From a virus (taxonomy: Duplodnaviria; Caudoviricetes): a stretch of DNA of 44,727 nucleotides. The stretch is taken from IMG/VR virus record IMGVR_UViG_3300036773_000092, positions 1 to 44,727 of that record; one strand, 5' to 3'. The position numbers were made by a program, and so were the translations under genes. This document shows, piece by piece, positions 18,086 to 28,095 of this stretch; positions within the stretch are counted from its first letter, which is position 1; each line of letters opens with the position of its first letter. The notes beneath the pieces are model-generated. The model saw only the letters and a list, made by a program, of their open reading frames with translations. It had not been told where the DNA came from and did not search any database.

Positions 18086-18669
18086 AGCAGGATACTCTTG
18101 AATGTCAGGGACTTCAACTCATACCATGACCCTACGATGTTTGCAAACTCCACAGTGTCCTGGTCTAGCCTGCACAGCCAGTAGTACGTGAAAATCCCGG
18201 TTACCAAGGCACCAGCTGCAGGAGCTACAGCTAGAGTGAATGCTCCTGTGGGGCCTACAGTAGCGGTGACTCCAACTCCATTCACGGCGATTGACGAGAC
18301 AACCCGCACATTCTGGATCAGTTCGGCATAACCACCAATTGACCTGACGGCCTGAAAGACTGTGTTGACACCATCTCCTGTCCCCAAGGGCTGCCCATTG
18401 ACGGCATTGTCGAAAGGGTCACTGAAATAGAAGGGCTGGTACTGACCTTGAATGAGACCTAGGAAGGCCATCATGTTTTGGAATTCAAGGTTGGTTGTGT
18501 CCGCTCTCAGCGCATCATACGTGGCCGTCCACTGGTAACGAGGCCAGATTGGGCCTTGCACCCGTGTCTCCTTGCCTGAGAAGGACTCCTGGATGTAGGC
18601 AGCCTGGATCCTCTTCCTGACGAAAGGATAACCCAGTCCTTGAAAGCTCGGGAAGACTTGAAGAGCCAT
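18082..18669 (-). CDS. Distal tail protein (DUF2460-like)
   Basis: SGKETR, F.F.DPFD, LGTGDGVNTVFQ, CRLDQD; follows the tape measure gene. Confidence 0.85.
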   Translation of the reverse strand: MALQVFPSFQGLGYPFVRKRIQAAYIQESFSGKETRVQGPIWPRYQWTATYDALRADTTNLEFQNMMAFLGLIQGQYQPFYFSDPFDNAVNGQPLGTGDGVNTVFQAVRSIGGYAELIQNVRVVSSIAVNGVGVTATVGPTGAFTLAVAPAAGALVTGIFTYYWLCRLDQDTVEFANIVGSWYELKSLTFKSILL

Positions 18670-21600
18670 TAGTAGGTTGGCCTCCTTGTTGGGGCTCTGT
18701 TCAGCTGCTGGGAGATCATGCTAGTCAGCTGTGGGACGTTCTTCTTCAGGAATGCCATCCCAGACTGTGTATCGATTGCCTGCAATGACACACTCAAGCT
18801 GACAGAGGTACCGCCTGAACCATCACCACCACCTCCGCCAGTACCACTACCAAATCCACCACCTCCAGGGCCCCCTCCATCACGCATCCCCTGTGCGAAC
18901 GTTGTCGGGATGACCATCTCACCCTGATGGATCTGTGCGACCATGTCCTGAGGGACCGACCAAGCACCTACATCTAGAGCAGCTAGCTTGGCCACGCCTG
19001 ATAGCTCGGCAAGAGTAGCTGCTGTGACCTCCGGAACGGCAGCCCATCCGGTTACAGGGATGGCTGCGACAGATGCGCCGGCAGCAACAGCACCAACAGC
19101 GGCATACGACTGTGCTAGGAGTAGGTTAGCTGTTATGCCTGATCCCGATGCTGTAGCATCAGCCGCTACTGAGCTTGCTGTCCTAGCAGTATCGGTTGCA
19201 GTTGATGCAGCTCCAAAGCCAAACAGGCTTGCGATCCATCGACCTACTCTTACCAGGAATGTGGAGTCCTGGACAGCCTCACTTGTCAGGGTTGATGCAG
19301 TACGCGCATTGTTGTTGACCACAGTTGCAGTCGTCTTAGCCGACTCAGCTCCTATATGGATCCCCAAGGCTCCTAGGATTAGAGCCGTCATGCCTGTTTG
19401 GCCTTTGATCTCCTGAGCCTCTCTGACAGCGTTTTGTGTTGTTGTGGCAGCCGTCTTAGCCAGCTCAGTGGCGATCCACGTCAGCAGGACATGAGATGCA
19501 GCCTCGAGGATTGCAGTGCCAATTGACTTGGCTATGGCTTGCTCAGCCTGCAACCATGTAGTGGAATACGTGATTAGGTCAGCAGTAGTCCGAGCCCATT
19601 CAGATCCAATCCTGTCGAATGTGGACTCCCAGAACTGCTGCTGGACCTGAGCAATCTGATGCTGCCTCTGAGCAGCTTGCTCGTCCAGGCGGGCTATCTC
19701 AGCATTGCCACGTTCAGTGATAGAGACTCGCAGATCCATGGTCTGCTGATACGCCGTAGTTCCTTGCGTGAGTTTGGCTAGTTCAGCATCTAGCCGTTGC
19801 GTCATCAGCCTCGTATTCTCTTCTACGAATGCCCTCTCACTGGTGTTGGCTTGGTCGAAGTAGAGCTGGTAGGAGGCAAGTTGCGCCTTGTTGGATTGCT
19901 CTAGGGCGGTCAGCCTACGTGTGTAGTTAGTCTCGTCCGACCTGATCGATCTGAGCTCGATCTCTGTCCTGGCCTGAGCAGCCTCGTTCTCCAGCTGTGC
20001 CTTTCTTTGCGCTTCCTCCATATAGATGCGGTTATGCTCACCGTAGTGAGCCCTCAGCATTGCAAGGATCTGGTCTTCGATCCTCAGCTTGGTAGCGAAG
20101 TCCTGACCTGCGAGATCTTGCTTGGACTTGAGTTCACTGACGGCTATCGAGATATTCTCGTCAGATACTTGTCTCGACAGACCAACAATGCGATTCTGCT
20201 CAGTCTGGTATTCCAAAGTTCCTTGCTTGTGGTATGCCCCCAAGATAGAGAGCTTCTGCTGCTCCAGTGCAAGCTGGGCCCCCAGTGAATCCTTGGCAGC
20301 AGCAATCTCGCCGTCCTTGCGAGACAGAGCCAGCTGGAGCTGTTGCTCGGTAGCTCTTCTCTGCCCCTCTGTAACTTGGTCGGAGGCCGTGCGAGCTGCT
20401 GTTGTCTCTTCACCGTGGTAGCGCTGCTGCTCAGCCGCGATCGCTGCAAGGATAGGGACTTGCTGGTCGGCGAAGTCCTTGTGAGCAATCAGATCCTGCT
20501 GCAGCCTTTGGACTGTCGCTTCATGCTGCTGCCGTTCGGACTCCGTATGGACTTCGGTTAGGCGCTGCTGCGTTGTGATGATGGCTTCGTTGTCAGCATT
20601 GATCCTAGTCTGAGCGCCTGCATCGCCTGAAGCAGCAGCTGCCCTATCACGATCAAGTTCACGCTGCTGAGCGTCCAACTGGAGCTGGAGGATCGTCCTC
20701 TGCCGCAGGGCTTCATTGGTAGCTATGACAGCTTCTCTGTCCTGGTTCTCCTGGATGTTGATAGGCTGCTGTGGGTTGGGAGGCTGTGTAAGCCTTTCAG
20801 GACCAAGGTCTTCAGGGCCCCGAGCTGCTAGACCAAGCTCGTCTGTAGCCTGCATACCCGAGAGCAGTGAGGCCCTACGAGCTCTGTCATTAGCGACCAA
20901 GGCTTGAGACTGTGCAATGACTCTGTCTTCGACCGCCTTGATGACGACGCCAATCGCGGCATACTCATCATGAGCCTTCTGGAGTTCTACGACATGCTCA
21001 CGTGTAGCTGCGTCCAGGACGTGGTACTTGTCTGCAAACGACAATGCACCAGCAGCGCCAGTGTTGAATTGGTTAGCAATTTCCTGAGTGGTCTTGACAG
21101 GATCGTTTTCAAGGAGCCTAGCCTGGGCTGCTCCAATCCTAGCAATCTCATTCGCCCAAGGTGCAGCTGCCCCACTGACGCTGTGAGCCGCCTGGACAAC
21201 TTGCTGGGCAGTAGATCCAAACAGGTTGAACTGGGAAGCTATCTGTGCTCCGAAGGTCCTAATCTGGTTGGTGGATTCCGTAGTGAGCGTGCCTGCAACG
21301 GTCATCTCACCGGTGGTCTGGCGAATAGCTCTCTGGACCTCGTACCACTGATAGGCTAAGTAGCCTACCCCTCCAGCAATAGCTGCTACAGCAGTTATCT
21401 GGGCAGTCAGCAGGGGATTGATAGCCCCGATAGTGAAGAGGACGTTTGCAACCGTCCCTTGTAACTGACCCCATCTTCCTGCCAAGGCTTCGTCAACAAC
21501 CGCATGCAACTCCCGGCCCAGGAAGTGTGCAGACAGGCCGAGATTGTTGAAATTTGTATTGAGGGTGCGAGTTTGTGCTTGTACCTGGTTGAAGCTGGAG

Positions 21601-21779
21601 TTCAGCGAGGCTACGGCTGCATTAACACCTGAGGCTAGGGTGTTGAAGGAGTTCTGAGCCGCTGCTGCTGCTGCTGCCTGCTGGGCTGCAAACGCTTGGG
21701 ATGAAGCAGCCGCCTGGGCCATCGCCGCTTGGAACTGGGCGATATTCGCAGTCAGTGTGGCATTGACATTACCCGACAT
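18669..21779 (-). CDS. Tape measure protein
   Basis: 1036-aa A/Q-rich helical protein after the chaperones; C-terminal DVGAWSVPQDMVAQIHQGEMVIP motif. Confidence 0.92.
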   Translation of the reverse strand: MSGNVNATLTANIAQFQAAMAQAAASSQAFAAQQAAAAAAAQNSFNTLASGVNAAVASLNSSFNQVQAQTRTLNTNFNNLGLSAHFLGRELHAVVDEALAGRWGQLQGTVANVLFTIGAINPLLTAQITAVAAIAGGVGYLAYQWYEVQRAIRQTTGEMTVAGTLTTESTNQIRTFGAQIASQFNLFGSTAQQVVQAAHSVSGAAAPWANEIARIGAAQARLLENDPVKTTQEIANQFNTGAAGALSFADKYHVLDAATREHVVELQKAHDEYAAIGVVIKAVEDRVIAQSQALVANDRARRASLLSGMQATDELGLAARGPEDLGPERLTQPPNPQQPINIQENQDREAVIATNEALRQRTILQLQLDAQQRELDRDRAAAASGDAGAQTRINADNEAIITTQQRLTEVHTESERQQHEATVQRLQQDLIAHKDFADQQVPILAAIAAEQQRYHGEETTAARTASDQVTEGQRRATEQQLQLALSRKDGEIAAAKDSLGAQLALEQQKLSILGAYHKQGTLEYQTEQNRIVGLSRQVSDENISIAVSELKSKQDLAGQDFATKLRIEDQILAMLRAHYGEHNRIYMEEAQRKAQLENEAAQARTEIELRSIRSDETNYTRRLTALEQSNKAQLASYQLYFDQANTSERAFVEENTRLMTQRLDAELAKLTQGTTAYQQTMDLRVSITERGNAEIARLDEQAAQRQHQIAQVQQQFWESTFDRIGSEWARTTADLITYSTTWLQAEQAIAKSIGTAILEAASHVLLTWIATELAKTAATTTQNAVREAQEIKGQTGMTALILGALGIHIGAESAKTTATVVNNNARTASTLTSEAVQDSTFLVRVGRWIASLFGFGAASTATDTARTASSVAADATASGSGITANLLLAQSYAAVGAVAAGASVAAIPVTGWAAVPEVTAATLAELSGVAKLAALDVGAWSVPQDMVAQIHQGEMVIPTTFAQGMRDGGGPGGGGFGSGTGGGGGDGSGGTSVSLSVSLQAIDTQSGMAFLKKNVPQLTSMISQQLNRAPTRRPTY

Positions 21780-21800
21780 GCTGAGTTACCTCACCTCACC

Positions 21801-22163
21801 CTAGCCTCGTAGACTGCCTCCGGCTGCCCGTATCATTGGGATCAAGTCCTTAGCCGTCAAAACATCTGTCTTCGCACCCCCCGCGGAGGACCTCGTTTGG
21901 TCGGTCGTGCCTATGTACCCCTTTGCGAAGATCCCTACTCTATGAGCCGCCGCAAGGATCAAGTTGGCCGGAGGGACCTTAGCCCAGTATGCACGAAACT
22001 TATGCAACTCGTACAGCCCGATGGTGTCAGCTATCCTATCCCAGTCACCTCCGCAGATTCCTTGGGCTGCTAGTTCAGCGATGATGGCATCGAAGTCTGG
22101 TTGCCTGAATCGATCAATGTCGGAGCCTGAGCCTGCACCGTCATTTGGGCTGATGCCAAAGGG
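21801..22163 (-). CDS. Tail assembly chaperone C-terminal extension (gpT-like, -1 frameshift product)
   Basis: The -1 frame is open from the slippery site (PFGISPND...DAIIAEL...GDWDRI...YWAKVPP) to TAG at 21801. Confidence 0.7.
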   Translation of the reverse strand, partial: PFGISPNDGAGSGSDIDRFRQPDFDAIIAELAAQGICGGDWDRIADTIGLYELHKFRAYWAKVPPANLILAAAHRVGIFAKGYIGTTDQTRSSAGGAKTDVLTAKDLIPMIRAAGGSLRG

Positions 22164-22582
22164 GCGCCCTGACCCTCCGTGAAGCCAGAGATCCTCAGCA
22201 GTTCATTGTACCAGGCAGGCACCAGCCGTGACTCAGGGATGGTCATCTGATCAAGCATGCTCTCGGCCGAAACCTTGGTGTCTCTTATGCCGATACAGAT
22301 CACCTCCATCATGGACTCGATCTTCTTGGTCTGCCACTCCATGAAGTCAGGGCTCTCGATAGCCTTCTCCACCGGCATGTCTGGAGGGAACTGCGTATTG
22401 CCGATCACGGCGATGGTTTGGAAGGACTTCCACACACGGCTCAGAGCCCTGAATGGCAGACGACGGACTTCGTAATGCACACCGCCTACGGTGATCTGGA
22501 TGTGGTCGGGATAGACCGACGTATCCGTGAGTGTAGGCTCAGCCCGTGCTGTGATAGATTCGGTTCCGTTCATGCCAGACAT
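22070..22582 (-). CDS. Tail assembly chaperone (gpG-like)
   Basis: Lies between tail tube and tape measure; SD AAGGAGG; contains a slippery heptamer. Confidence 0.8.
   Translation of the reverse strand: MSGMNGTESITARAEPTLTDTSVYPDHIQITVGGVHYEVRRLPFRALSRVWKSFQTIAVIGNTQFPPDMPVEKAIESPDFMEWQTKKIESMMEVICIGIRDTKVSAESMLDQMTIPESRLVPAWYNELLRISGFTEGQGAPLASAQMTVQAQAPTLIDSGNQTSMPSSLN
22157..22163 (-). promoter_or_regulatory. Programmed -1 ribosomal frameshift site C CCT TTG
   Basis: In-frame X XXY YYZ heptamer with an internal GGAGG about 10 nt upstream; the shifted frame joins the 21801 ORF. Confidence 0.7.
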
Positions 22583-22692
22583 ATCAGTAAACCTCCTTGG
22601 GTGGTTAAGCTATGCAGCTTCTTGAGCCATTCTAGACGGGACTAAGGATGGCCTGGCTTAGGCTACACAGCAGTGTTATTGTTGTTGTTGTG

Positions 22693-23430
22693 TTATTCGG
22701 AAGCCGTGAACTCGAAGACCTGACCGGCAGCATTTTGGAATGCTTGGAAGTCAAGCTCCGGGATCATGTAGTCGTCGGTCTTCGAGGCGAAGCTCAGCTT
22801 GGAGCTGACACAGGCGAACAGCCTCATGGTCACCGTCACACCCTCGAAGATGTCCGAGAATGTGCAGGAGAAGCGTGGGGTATTACCCATGAGGAGATTC
22901 GCCCCGGCGACTGTGGTGCCCGTGACGCCTGAATATACGTAATCAAACAGGACTGACTTGGTCGTGTCGGCTGATGCAAACGTGTAGACGCCTGCACCGC
23001 TGACGGAGTACTGCCCCGTTGTTGGCCCTGAGGCTACTTGGGTCAATGGCAGTCCTGTCGTGGCAAACCGCACGCCCAAGTCGGAAACAAACGTCGCCGA
23101 GTTGAGGACCGTCAGCTGAAACGGCGTTGCGGGGATCGCAGTGGTCCCAGGCTCGTCGTAGGCCGTGAACTTCTGCCCGGACGACTGCGTCTGTCCGAAG
23201 AACAAAGCGTTGTACATCACGGCGGAGATTCGACCGAGCTTGGCCTTGCCCTCGATCTTCACCTTGCCGCGAGCAACGTCCACGGGCATCTGGTATTGCC
23301 CATAGAGTTCCTTGATCTCGCCGTTGAAGCCGATGGAGACATCCTGCAAGACGCCGAACCTTACAGGGGTCCCGTTGGAGATGTCGGTCCTTGTCCCCCA
23401 AAGAAGACCTGACCCGAAAGCGAACTGCAT
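22693..23430 (-). CDS. Major tail (tube) protein with inserted beta-sandwich domain
   Basis: FGSG.LWG, FGVLQDVSIGF..EIKELYGQYQMPVDVARGK, DDYMIPELDFQAF; position in the operon. Confidence 0.85.
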   Translation of the reverse strand: MQFAFGSGLLWGTRTDISNGTPVRFGVLQDVSIGFNGEIKELYGQYQMPVDVARGKVKIEGKAKLGRISAVMYNALFFGQTQSSGQKFTAYDEPGTTAIPATPFQLTVLNSATFVSDLGVRFATTGLPLTQVASGPTTGQYSVSGAGVYTFASADTTKSVLFDYVYSGVTGTTVAGANLLMGNTPRFSCTFSDIFEGVTVTMRLFACVSSKLSFASKTDDYMIPELDFQAFQNAAGQVFEFTASE

Positions 23431-23494
23431 CTTACATATCCTTTCATGTTAAGCTACTGGCACTGCAGCCCAGTCGTCAGCCAGCCAGCAGCGC

Positions 23495-24349
23495 TCAGCT
23501 ATTGACTATTGCCGGCCCAGTAACGGATTGAGTCAGCAGGTCCCGCAGGATGACAATCTTGTCCCTGAGGTGGTCGACCGAAGCCTGATCATTCAGGACC
23601 GGCGATCCTTGCAGGTGAGCCTGGACCCAGGAGTCGATGATGGCCTGGACTTGCTCCTGCTGCTGCGTCAGGACGTTCGGCCGCATCGCGCCCGTCTGCG
23701 GATCTGCACCGATGTTCACCTCCGCATCGGTCAGCCGCTTCGTTTCCTGCTCGGGCGTTCCTTGCGTGGGCTCGAAGCCTGCTTGGGCCTGGAGCTCCTG
23801 GATGCTGGGCCGACCCTGAGCAGCACGCTCGGCGTCGGTCCCAAGGCCCCTCGCGGCCTGGGAAGTCTGCGACCCAGATGTGGTCTGCGAGGGCTGCGTC
23901 CCGCTCGAAGCCTGATCACGGCCGAGAGCCGACTCCGGCGGGGTATTCGCCGGGAGTGCTTCGTCGCTAGTCTTGAAATCAGGGGTGGCGCGATTCTGGC
24001 CTTCGGACGCACGCAAGGCTCCGCCCTGAGGAGGATTGTTCGTGGCCGTGCCCGTCGGGCTTGGCGAAGGAGCCGGCCGCTGAGCAGCTTCCGGCGTCGA
24101 CGGCTTGTCAGTGGTCGAGGGCTGTGGGGTGCCTGAGCCGGCGTCGGTTGCCTTCGGATCGGACTGCTGCCCTGTTGACTGTGCATTCGGACCACCGCTG
24201 GCCGACCCTGGAGAAGGAATGGCCCCGGAAGGTGCTGCCTGATTCGCCGGGTTGTTGGGCTGTGGCGATGCCGTGTTCTGGGGTGGGGGATTCGGATTGT
24301 TGCTGCCTCCGAGACCCGTCGTTGTGGAGTCGTTCTGCTGACCGGACAT
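23495..24349 (-). CDS. Hypothetical protein, ~230-aa disordered N-terminus plus short helical C-terminal domain
   Basis: SD GAAGGAG; P/Q/S/T/G-rich; ends IDSWVQAHLQGSPV...DHLRDKIVILRDLL. Confidence 0.7.
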   Translation of the reverse strand: MSGQQNDSTTTGLGGSNNPNPPPQNTASPQPNNPANQAAPSGAIPSPGSASGGPNAQSTGQQSDPKATDAGSGTPQPSTTDKPSTPEAAQRPAPSPSPTGTATNNPPQGGALRASEGQNRATPDFKTSDEALPANTPPESALGRDQASSGTQPSQTTSGSQTSQAARGLGTDAERAAQGRPSIQELQAQAGFEPTQGTPEQETKRLTDAEVNIGADPQTGAMRPNVLTQQQEQVQAIIDSWVQAHLQGSPVLNDQASVDHLRDKIVILRDLLTQSVTGPAIVNS

Positions 24350-24361
24350 AATAAGCTCTCC

Positions 24362-24398
<37 letters not shown>

Positions 24399-24404
24399 GT
24401 GGTA

Positions 24405-24911
24405 TCAAGGGGCCCTGATGTGAACAGGGTAGATAGCTAAGGCGTGACCATCAAGGTCACCGGGGTCTTTCAGTACTCTGCCTTCAGACCATACTCTGTA
24501 TACTCTCCCTCCCAAGTTCTGCATGCTTATAGCACCTCCTTGAAGCCCCAGAGCAGCTTCTACCTGGTCGATAAGGTTATTCAGGAGGATCGAGCCCTTG
24601 GTGACTCCATCCTGAGGTGCGTCCGCATAGATGAAGATCATGACCTGCCACTGTCTCTTGGGAGACATGCCACTTGGGGAGGGCTGGTTATCCTCCTCGT
24701 GCTCAACCATGTAGACGGCGGGCTTCTCTTCTGAACTTATTTCAAACCACAATTTCAAACGCCGATCGCACGTTACCACGATCTGTGAGGTCTGCAACGT
24801 CTGCAGCAATGCGAATAGTGCAGTCATGACGTCTTCCCGAGACGTTGGAGGCCAGTGTGCTCCAAACCCGAGATTGACTGTATTGCCTATACCACTACCA
24901 CCACCGCTCAT
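24405..24911 (-). CDS. Putative tail terminator/completion protein
   Basis: RE...ALF..L, LNNLIDQVEAAL, QNLGGRV, DPGDLDG.A; position before the tail tube. Confidence 0.7.
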   Translation of the reverse strand: MSGGGSGIGNTVNLGFGAHWPPTSREDVMTALFALLQTLQTSQIVVTCDRRLKLWFEISSEEKPAVYMVEHEEDNQPSPSGMSPKRQWQVMIFIYADAPQDGVTKGSILLNNLIDQVEAALGLQGGAISMQNLGGRVYRVWSEGRVLKDPGDLDGHALAIYPVHIRAP

Positions 24912-25444
24912 GGCCCGACTGTCTCCTGGAGGACCTTAGTCATTGCATCTCTGGTGAGCTGCTCGAATTCAGCACGCTTGTCCCGTAACGCCCCGGCAAT
25001 GTACTGCTTCGGAGGGATCACAGCCCCAGGCCACAGGACGTTGTTGTAGAAGTTGACGTCTCCTCTTCTGGCTTCTCCTTTGGCCCAGACAAAGGCTAGG
25101 GCTTCAGCTTTGGCCGCAAAGATCTGCCTCGGCGGGTATCTGTGCCCAAACTCCTGAGCATGAGCATAAGGGACTCCCTCGGAAAACAACGTCAGGCTAA
25201 CACTCTTGTCGCCTTGAGTAGCCACCCTTGATTGGATGGATGCAGCTAGCCGGCCCGTCTTTGGATTAGTACGTCTGGCAGCAGCATCACGCAGGTCGAT
25301 TGCCAGGAAGACCAGATCACTCTTCAGGTGAGCCAGCAGGAGAGCAGGCGCAGCTCTGAACCTGGCAACAAGAGATTCCATCCCCGTCAGAGTGAACCTG
25401 ACGTCAATCATGGGTGTTGATGTGCCGTTGGACGAGCCGCTCAT
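24908..25444 (-). CDS. HK97 gp10-like neck/tail morphogenesis protein
   Basis: KTGRLAASI, VPYAHAQEFG, ALAF, WPG..PKQY. Start moved to 25444 for the ATGA overlap with the upstream stop. Confidence 0.75.
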   Translation of the reverse strand: MSGSSNGTSTPMIDVRFTLTGMESLVARFRAAPALLLAHLKSDLVFLAIDLRDAAARRTNPKTGRLAASIQSRVATQGDKSVSLTLFSEGVPYAHAQEFGHRYPPRQIFAAKAEALAFVWAKGEARRGDVNFYNNVLWPGAVIPPKQYIAGALRDKRAEFEQLTRDAMTKVLQETVGP

Positions 25445-26313
25445 ACTGGCAGCACCATCGAATAGGACTGTAGCGCTTGTGCAGCCCATCCAGGTAGGGC
25501 ACCTCGTTTGTCGTAGGTGGCGCTTTCCTGCCCAGCAAGGGAATGGGAGACTACTCCAGGTGAGGTCCTCCTCCTGTTGGACTCGGCAATCATCTCCAGG
25601 ACAACCTGCTCAACTGAGTATGGCACCCAGCTGTAGTCGATCAAGACAGTCCTGCCGACATCGGCCGTAGCAAACAGATATCCGCCGCTGGTGTTGAGGT
25701 CGAGCGAGTACTGGCCTGTGAGGAGGTCAGCCTGGGCTGTGTTAGCCCTGAATGCGAAGATGGCTGGTGGAGTAGCATTGTCGGTGACTGCTTGGTCAGT
25801 ATTGAATGTCCCGTATGTCTGGTTAACCTGAAGAGCACCACCTGCTGGAATGACATGGGACTCGGCTTGTGTGCCATAGCCGGCATGGTATTGGATGAGG
25901 CAGTTCTGGTGGCCTCGATGGAATGAGTTGCCAATCAACTCAACCATACCTGGGCCTCCTGGAGGGATGCCGTCCCAGGTTGGGAATCGATAGCTGTTGG
26001 CTGTCTCTGAGTAGCTGGTCACGCCCGGATCAAGTCCAGGAGTGATCAAGCTAGCAGGCGTCATTGTGAGCGTGCCGACTACAACGGCCTCGACGGATAC
26101 GATCGGCCAGTTCTTGGTGAACTGTCTGCACTGACCTTGTCCGGAGAACGTGTCAGAGTACTGACGCAGCACGAGTGAATCCCGATTGAGGTAGCCAAGG
26201 ACCTGAGCACTCATCCTATTGATGAGTCCAACCAGCAATGCATCCATCTGCGAACCAGCTGCTGCTCCTAACCAAACCTTCGCGCTGGCCAATGATGTAA
26301 GTTGCTCAGGCAT
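25441..26313 (-). CDS. Head-tail adaptor (gp6-like) with inserted domains
   Basis: LTSLASAKVWLG..DALL..LI, YHAGY, VP..VEQ.V, LQSY; follows the MCP. Confidence 0.78.
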   Translation of the reverse strand: MPEQLTSLASAKVWLGAAAGSQMDALLVGLINRMSAQVLGYLNRDSLVLRQYSDTFSGQGQCRQFTKNWPIVSVEAVVVGTLTMTPASLITPGLDPGVTSYSETANSYRFPTWDGIPPGGPGMVELIGNSFHRGHQNCLIQYHAGYGTQAESHVIPAGGALQVNQTYGTFNTDQAVTDNATPPAIFAFRANTAQADLLTGQYSLDLNTSGGYLFATADVGRTVLIDYSWVPYSVEQVVLEMIAESNRRRTSPGVVSHSLAGQESATYDKRGALPGWAAQALQSYSMVLPV

Positions 26314-26361
26314 TCGATACTATACTCCGTCAATTTAGTCCGCTAGTCTGCTGCTAGCAGT

Positions 26362-26401
26362 GGGCTCATCAAACCCGAATCCCGTCGCACTTGATGAGCC
26401 C
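26362..26401 (-). terminator. Stem-loop downstream of the major capsid gene (terminator/attenuator or mRNA stabiliser)
   Basis: Perfect 11-bp inverted repeat GGGCTCATCAA / TTGATGAGCCC with an 18-nt loop and no clear U-tract. Confidence 0.5.
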
Positions 26402-26461
26402 GCCCGCTAGACACCCACGACCGGAACCGCCCCCGTGGATGCTAACCTGTAGCTGTGAGGG

Positions 26462-28030
26462 TCAGACGCCGACCTTGTTGGCTATGTTGCTGATAACCCC
26501 CATGGCGAACGTTGCATAGATGGCCAGCACCTCCTCGGCGTACACGCCGTATTCCCGCTGCCTGGTGCGCAGGGGCCAATCGACACGGTAGTAGTCCCGG
26601 CGCGTCAGGATCTCGGCAACGTTCGGGACCTCGTTGCTCTGATACCACGCCGGCAACGATTCGCAGTAGGCGAGGATGGTGCCTGCAGGGACGTCAGGAT
26701 GCAGCCTGATCGGGATCTTGTAGCCGCCGTTCGGAGCAAACGGGTTGTAGTAGAAATCCACAACACCGCCGGCGACGATGCCAAAGGGCTGCGTCCCTTC
26801 GGTCGTGTACCGCAGCAGAGGCCCAGACGCGTTGTTCAGGCAGGCCGTGGTGATGTTCTTCTGCTCCTGGGAGTTAACATAGATGACGCTGGGACCGAGG
26901 TTGAAAGTGTCCCACATGCCCTGCATCATGTTGTCGATCTCAATCACACTGCCGCGGCCGCTGGCCGTGAGACCCGTGCCCGTTCCGTCGGCTGTGTTGG
27001 CGAGATAGTTGACGTACGCCTGGGAGCTGCGCGTCTGGTTGAAGAACGGCGCATTGGGGTTCAGCGCGCACGTCACCAGGCCGTCGAAGGCGAGGTTCGG
27101 GTTGCGGCTGTTGTCGGCCACGATTGACGTTGCCGCCATTGTCCCGATCAGCAACGGTGTACGCTGCGTGTAGGAGGCACGCGTGGTGATTGCCTGGAGG
27201 ACTTCGTTACCCGCCGTGCCGATGAACCAGCCATACGCGATCGCTCCCTGGAGGGGAGTGACGTTGCAGATCAAGCCGGCGCCGAGCGTGACCGCCTGAG
27301 TTGCTGCGGTGGACTTGTTGGACGACCCCCCGAAGAGGGTGAACGTCTTGCCGTCTGCGCCGGTGATGACCTTGCTTGTGGCGATACCCGAAGTAACGCT
27401 CGAATTCTTCCAGCCCTCGAAGGTGAGGGCGCAGACAATCACCGAGTAGGTGGCCGTCGGCAACGTTGCGCCGGTCCCCGAGGAGCTGAGGACGGGGGTG
27501 GCTGGGATCCCCAAGGCCATCGTCCTGTTGCCGCCGATGAGGGCCATCTCCTCCTTCCGCATCATCTTCTGCAGAAGGCGGAAGGTAACCATCATGTTCT
27601 CGTCTTCGAAGCCTTCGGCGGCGCTCTCGGCTTCGAAGGTCAGGAAGTCTTCCTCGCCGATCGTGACGTAGGTCGCCGTCATGTCGTTGGCCTGGTAGCT
27701 CATCGTCCCAGACCGCTGACCTTCGGGAACCCATCCCATCGCGTCGTAGCCTGAGCCGACGATGCTCTGGATTTGCTTCCAGTGCGCAGCATCTCCCGGA
27801 TACGGGCGATGCGTGCGCGGCAAGGAATTCCGAATCGGCGTGATCTGCGGATAGAGGGACTTCGAGGGGGCCTGCAGGTCGTAGAAAGTCAGACCCGTCG
27901 AGATGCTGACACCCTTGTTCAGCTTCTGGTTCTGCCTGTCCAACGGCGCTCCGAGGCTCGCCTTCATCATGTCGACGGTCTGCTGAGTCAGACTCAACCC
28001 GCCGAGGTTAGCTCCATATACGGGGTCCAT
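26462..28030 (-). CDS. Major capsid protein
   Basis: 522 aa after the protease; GLTFYDLQAP, EEMALIGGN, IRLHPDVPAGTI, YYRVDWP...YGVYAEEVL..Y..FAMGVISNI; AGGAG SD; strongly biased codons. Confidence 0.88.
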   Translation of the reverse strand: MDPVYGANLGGLSLTQQTVDMMKASLGAPLDRQNQKLNKGVSISTGLTFYDLQAPSKSLYPQITPIRNSLPRTHRPYPGDAAHWKQIQSIVGSGYDAMGWVPEGQRSGTMSYQANDMTATYVTIGEEDFLTFEAESAAEGFEDENMMVTFRLLQKMMRKEEMALIGGNRTMALGIPATPVLSSSGTGATLPTATYSVIVCALTFEGWKNSSVTSGIATSKVITGADGKTFTLFGGSSNKSTAATQAVTLGAGLICNVTPLQGAIAYGWFIGTAGNEVLQAITTRASYTQRTPLLIGTMAATSIVADNSRNPNLAFDGLVTCALNPNAPFFNQTRSSQAYVNYLANTADGTGTGLTASGRGSVIEIDNMMQGMWDTFNLGPSVIYVNSQEQKNITTACLNNASGPLLRYTTEGTQPFGIVAGGVVDFYYNPFAPNGGYKIPIRLHPDVPAGTILAYCESLPAWYQSNEVPNVAEILTRRDYYRVDWPLRTRQREYGVYAEEVLAIYATFAMGVISNIANKVGV

Positions 28031-28095
28031 ACCTAAGTCGCTCCTGTGTTGGTATTGGGTTGTGGTGTGGTGTTGTGGGTGTGGTGTGGTGAGCT

